Below, one piece after another: positions 47,081-64,000 of a stretch of 64,000 nt of DNA. The stretch comes from Amoebidium appalachense (Eukaryota > Protista > Ichthyosporea). The notes beneath the pieces are model-generated. The model was not told the origin of the DNA and searched no databases. It was given only the letters and a program-made list of their open reading frames with translations. Numbering within the stretch: position 1 is the stretch's first letter; each line of letters starts with the position of its first letter. The stretch covers positions 9,328,468-9,392,467 of the forward strand of contig CAVNZM010000004.1 of the NCBI GenBank assembly GCA_963693365.1. The letters are read 5' to 3'. The position numbers and the translations under genes were made by a program.

Positions 47081-47632
47081 CCGCTCACGGAGCCCACGTC
47101 GGAGCAGCTACAGCAGGCGTTCGAGGAGGTAACCCCCCCCCCCCCCCCCCCCCCCCCACCTGTGCGGGTGTTTTTCTTTGAAGGTTTTCTTTGTCTTTGC
47201 TATACCGTTGTTGCCCCTCTCCCGTTTATATATGACCCCCCCCCCCCCCCCCCCCCCCCTCCCTCTCCATACAAACAAAGAAAACTTGTTATTTGCACTA
47301 CCCTAGTATTACTTTGATGATAATAATAGCATATAATATAAATAACATTACTTGCAATGATAATAAAAACATGGATGCTCCGTAGCTTCATGATAGTACT
47401 AACAACCATAATAACAAGCATGCTCCCGATTATGGTGAAAGCACTAACATTTTAATTTTACTAACAACTATCAAAGTATAACACCTATAATATATATTAG
47501 CAATGGTGATAGTACTTACACCTATAATAATTCAGCCGGTCCCGGTCCCCTCGCCGGCGCTCTCCCTCCCCACGTCGTCGGTCCCCCTCGAGGTCCAGAT
47601 CTCGCAGCAGGTCTAAGGGCCGCTCTCCCTGA
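41003..47632 (+). CDS. Serine/arginine-rich splicing factor with RRM, two CCHC zinc knuckles and RS domain (RS2Z-type architecture)
   Basis: Exons 41003-41114, 41837-41953 (RRM: [27 protein letters not shown]...[17 protein letters not shown]...RLLVEMARG), 42647-42695 and 43980-44006 ([14 protein letters not shown]), 44604-44672 ([14 protein letters not shown]), then RS exons 45356-45385, 45818-45847, 46646-46702, 47081-47128, 47536-47632 (stop TGA). All junctions are GT-AG and in phase. Confidence 0.93.
43231..43407 (+). other. Candidate poison (PTC-containing) cassette exon in intron 3 of the SR gene
   Basis: Bounded by gtgtag| and |gtgaga. About 11 GGA(C/G/A) motifs. An in-frame TGA falls 8 codons in. 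Confidence 0.45.
44350..44490. repeat. Degenerate AT-rich tandem repeat (unit about 30-35 bp)
   Basis: Repeated ctaaatatgggcata(ta)n tcttatcggt units. Confidence 0.8.
45606..45780. repeat. Minisatellite, 31-bp unit, about 5.5 copies
   Basis: ctgaa(c/a)atgcaatgggttacattatcgttta repeated head-to-tail with no spacers. Confidence 0.92.
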
Positions 47633-47692
47633 GACAGGTAACCCGCTCTCTCCAAAGAAAAAAAAAAGGAAAAAACCCACTACATCCCAGAA

Positions 47693-47813
<121 letters not shown>

Positions 47814-48191
47814 CATACACCTGCGCGATCATACACACATGCGCGGTACGAGTATATGCATACACATACGTGCACACACACACACAGGCATTCACACAGT
47901 ATACATGCTTGGGAGGAAAGGTGTGGGTTTATTTGGGGGGGAGGGTGGGGATGTCTTTTTTTTCTTTTTCTTTCTTTCTTTCTTTTTTTTTTTTTTTTTG
48001 ACTAGAAGTAAAAACCACAGCTGCAAGTGCAACCATTGTGGAGGTGTGGCAACAAAAGGGTCGAGCTGGTGTGTGCTGGATGCACACGACTACGAACTGT
48101 GCACACACATGGGTGTCTGTACGGTATCATCAATAAATACATCTGTGGTGGACCGAATTCTTGACCAAACCCGAACTATGTCATGGTCGTC

Positions 48192-48225
<34 letters not shown>

Positions 48226-48500
48226 ACACACACACACCCACCCACCTCCCCGGGGTGTTCAAAGACGTCAATAAATGTTCTATGCTAGTAAGCATGTTGC
48301 TACCTTGCACCATGGGTCAAATCTCATAATTTCCCTTTCGATGTTCCTTTAAATTTCATCTCGAGCGGTATATCAGCCAGACATTCATGTAGTGTCATGC
48401 TGTCAGTGGGTTTGAAAGTCGATGAGGTGATCCCACCATCGATGGAGTCGAAACTTAGGTGCTTTGAAGAACTTGGTATTCTATCACACATTCAACCCAA

Positions 48501-48536
<36 letters not shown>

Positions 48537-49590
48537 TCCCTGCCTGCCCTCGCGCCTCCATTTCCTCCCTTCCGGGCTCCCTAGGCCTAAGCTTCGAATT
48601 TAGCTACAGGCTGGGCATATGCAGCAGGGTCTAGGGCTCTCGACATATAGACAGATTTTGCACGTACACCCTCTCTGCATCTAGCCAGTATTCCTATTTT
48701 TTTTTTTGAAATGGGGTTATATAATATTGCAGCTAGATGCAATTGATCTGGCTCTTTCCGGTCGATCACGTATATGCACGAGGATCTTGACGTCAGCTAA
48801 AAGTACACCGACAACATATAAAGTTACAAACTGCAGACCACATACACACACACACAGTGTCACACACACAACAGTTTTTCAATTATTTCGATCAATATCG
48901 TACTATTTTTGGCAGACATCCCTCCCTTGTTATCTAGACCCGCGGCGTCCATAGCCCCAATTCATAATTATGGCGGGGACCCGGAATATCCAAAACCTTG
49001 CCATTGGACTTTCTCGAAGTTGCCTTTTGGTTTTCTTTATTCACGTGAACGATGATTACATACCCACAGGGTCATAAGTACGTACCAAAGAAAACACAAC
49101 CCTAAATCAATCTGTATTTGTCAGAGAAGGCTTCAAATGCTAATATCTCAGTCATTTTTACCATGATGCATATGGACGTGAAATCCGGTAAACGACTGAT
49201 ACCATACGTGCATGCGTCCCGTGCTACATTCCTTACACATTCGCTTTCCCCATTTACCCACCCTTGACATTGATACTCACACACACCACCACCACCTCCA
49301 CCAACACATACACGCACGTCCTTCCTCCCCCCTTCCCCCCGCCTCCCCCCCCCCCCCCCCCCCCCCCTCACCAACACACGCACAGAGAGACACAAAAGGA
49401 GTAAAACAAAAGACAAACACACACAGACACAAACACCTCTATATCCCCTTTGCAAACCGCAGCAGCAAACCTATTATGCCTGGAAAGTTCACCCCCGGAA
49501 AGGCCAGTTCAATGTGTCAATCTAATTCGAGTTTTTACCGTTTTTCCAGATTGATTTTCCCGAACTTTCAAATTCCACGTTACTATACGG

Positions 49591-61884
<12,294 letters not shown>

Positions 61885-63602
61885 GTTTGCGTCCTAAGAA
61901 GTTGTGCTACCCTTCTTGCAGACTTGTTAGTCTGTTTAACCCTATAATAATGCTGGCTCAAACCTTCTAAAGTAAATTCTATACTGTTTCCGTGCATTCC
62001 GCCATTTCCGGGAGCTCAAGAATGCAACCAACCTCCACAATTTAAAGAACGTTTCACTCTCCTCCATTAATGTTTTCCTAATTGCCGCTTGCAGCCAATC
62101 ATATCAAGCATTAAGACAAAATATTCATACAGCTGCAAATAAGATTGCGCAATCTCACCATTAGCTTACAGCCAATCATCTAACGCGTTTAACGTTTTTT
62201 TTCTTCGAAGTTCTGGTATCTTTAATACATGCGACTGCTGGGTTTTACACCAAACTGGGTCGATTTGTAAAGCTTTTTGGTCTCTATTTTTTTATTTTTA
62301 GAAATTATTAACATTTTCCGTAACCTTTTTTATCAAGCACATTAATTTGCAACCGCGCCAAATGTTTCTTATTTAATCAGATGAACGAACCAATCAAAAC
62401 CTCAAAACTCCGAACCCTTAACTTACATTAAAATGACTTCCGTTTTAATTTGTACCTGCATGCAGCACTTAAAAGCGGGCCAGTGCTGGTCCGAATACCA
62501 TCCATACACCACCCCTGTATGATCAAGTTCCCCCCATATAAGGAAAGCTACATATAAGGTTACTACGTACAGCCGCAACTAAACAGCATAAGTTACCTAC
62601 GTAAAAAAACAATCACCCCGCCAACCTGTATATCCTACGCGTGCTACTTATTCTTTTCCATCGAAAGCACTTTTTGCATGGCGTGGTTGTCAAAGGCTTT
62701 TCTTCACTGTTTAGGGGAAAAAACGTTTTTGCTAACGCAGAAAATGTTTTTGCTAACGCAGAAATGATGATCGGCATGGACTCGTGCGGTCCACTGTATT
62801 TTTGTTAGTTGGTTTGCCTGTTGCGGCATTGTTCTGTTCCACCATGCCACCTCGCCCTCCACCAAGCAACGATAATACACAACCATGATGTTATCTGTTT
62901 TTGTGTTCATGTTCCCGAAAATCCCAGATTCCGTTTCCCTGAACACCAGTTCCCTCAAACGGCTGACACCCGCTCCAGCACACCTGTTTCCGTGCTTTGC
63001 ACGTAATATAGCAGAATGTACTCAACTGTTATTTACAATTGTACCCCCTAGTGCATGCCCCACCTGCTTGAACTTGCAGCAGGCGAATTTCATCAAGCTC
63101 TTTCAAAAGGCGAACTCGACCACATCAACTTTTTCAGCCATACCGAAGTTATCCATTTGTTAGCAGAAACTGAGTCAAAATAGCTCACGCAAGAACTATT
63201 ATCCACTGCCACACAAATTTACTCACATTTTGCTACTGCTAACCCTGACGGTCCTTTTGCTTGCACGTAGAGAGAACCCAGAACAACATCAGAATCAACA
63301 AATTCACCCAAAACGACTTTGTTCCTCCGTTGGCAGGACTAGAAAAAAAGAAAGCACGAAGAACAGGGAATGTTTTGCCGATGCCTATCACATTTCCAGG
63401 TGCATCATTCTGGTCACCTGATCGATGGAAAGCGCCGATGGCCCACGGTAACTAAGCCTAAGTAAAAGAAGGTGCAAAGCATGCATGGTGGTGACGGAGG
63501 TACCGCACCAAATGATGTTTGGTCCCTGCCTTCTTTGTTGCCAACACTTTGCAACGACGAGTCTTTCATAGTGAACTTTAGCTTTTGCTTCGGATATTTT
63601 TT

Positions 63603-63659
<57 letters not shown>

Positions 63660-63824
63660 ACCCACCCACCCACCCATCCCCCGGCGGATCTCAACCAAGG
63701 CATGGACCCATGATTCCGACATCGTCGACGTCCATTAAAGTTGGCAAGTTGGTAAGGCCTTCCACTTGAATTTCCCTCTCGTGTGTCCATGTGGAAGCGG
63801 GGCCCATGGGGCCCCGCGTTGCCT

Positions 63825-63885
<61 letters not shown>

Positions 63886-64000
63886 TGTAAACAGTTGGAC
63901 TAGTTAGGATAAGGCAGAGTACAACTGAATCAAAATAAAGACATAGAACGGGTAGAAAGGCACACGCGGCCAGGTTACTTTTACTATGGGCCGACTCAGT

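Overview
Eukaryotic, intron-rich genomic DNA. Its introns are full of poly-G/poly-C tracts and (CA)n/(GA)n microsatellites, so most ORFs in the six-frame track are repeat artefacts. Gene content and style suggest a unicellular opisthokont such as an ichthyosporean, but that is inference only. By tracing splice sites and reading frames by hand I reconstruct seven protein-coding genes: a DHHC palmitoyltransferase (minus, runs off the left edge), an orphan protein with a MYND-like half-finger and long low-complexity tail (minus), glycine cleavage H protein (minus) head-to-head with an AcpS-type phosphopantetheinyl transferase (plus), an Isy1-like protein (minus) head-to-head with an RS2Z-type SR protein (plus), and SPF45/RBM17 (minus). 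Notable non-coding signals: (1) a dispersed repeat found only in introns and always in the same orientation relative to the host transcript, often ending at poly-C; (2) an AT-rich island of decayed organelle-like tRNA genes with a 55-bp inverted repeat inside an SPF45 intron; (3) a GGAC-rich candidate poison exon in the SR gene; (4) an 8-nt microexon completing the catalytic DHHC cysteine; (5) a TA-flanked MITE. All gene models are manual and need RNA-seq confirmation.
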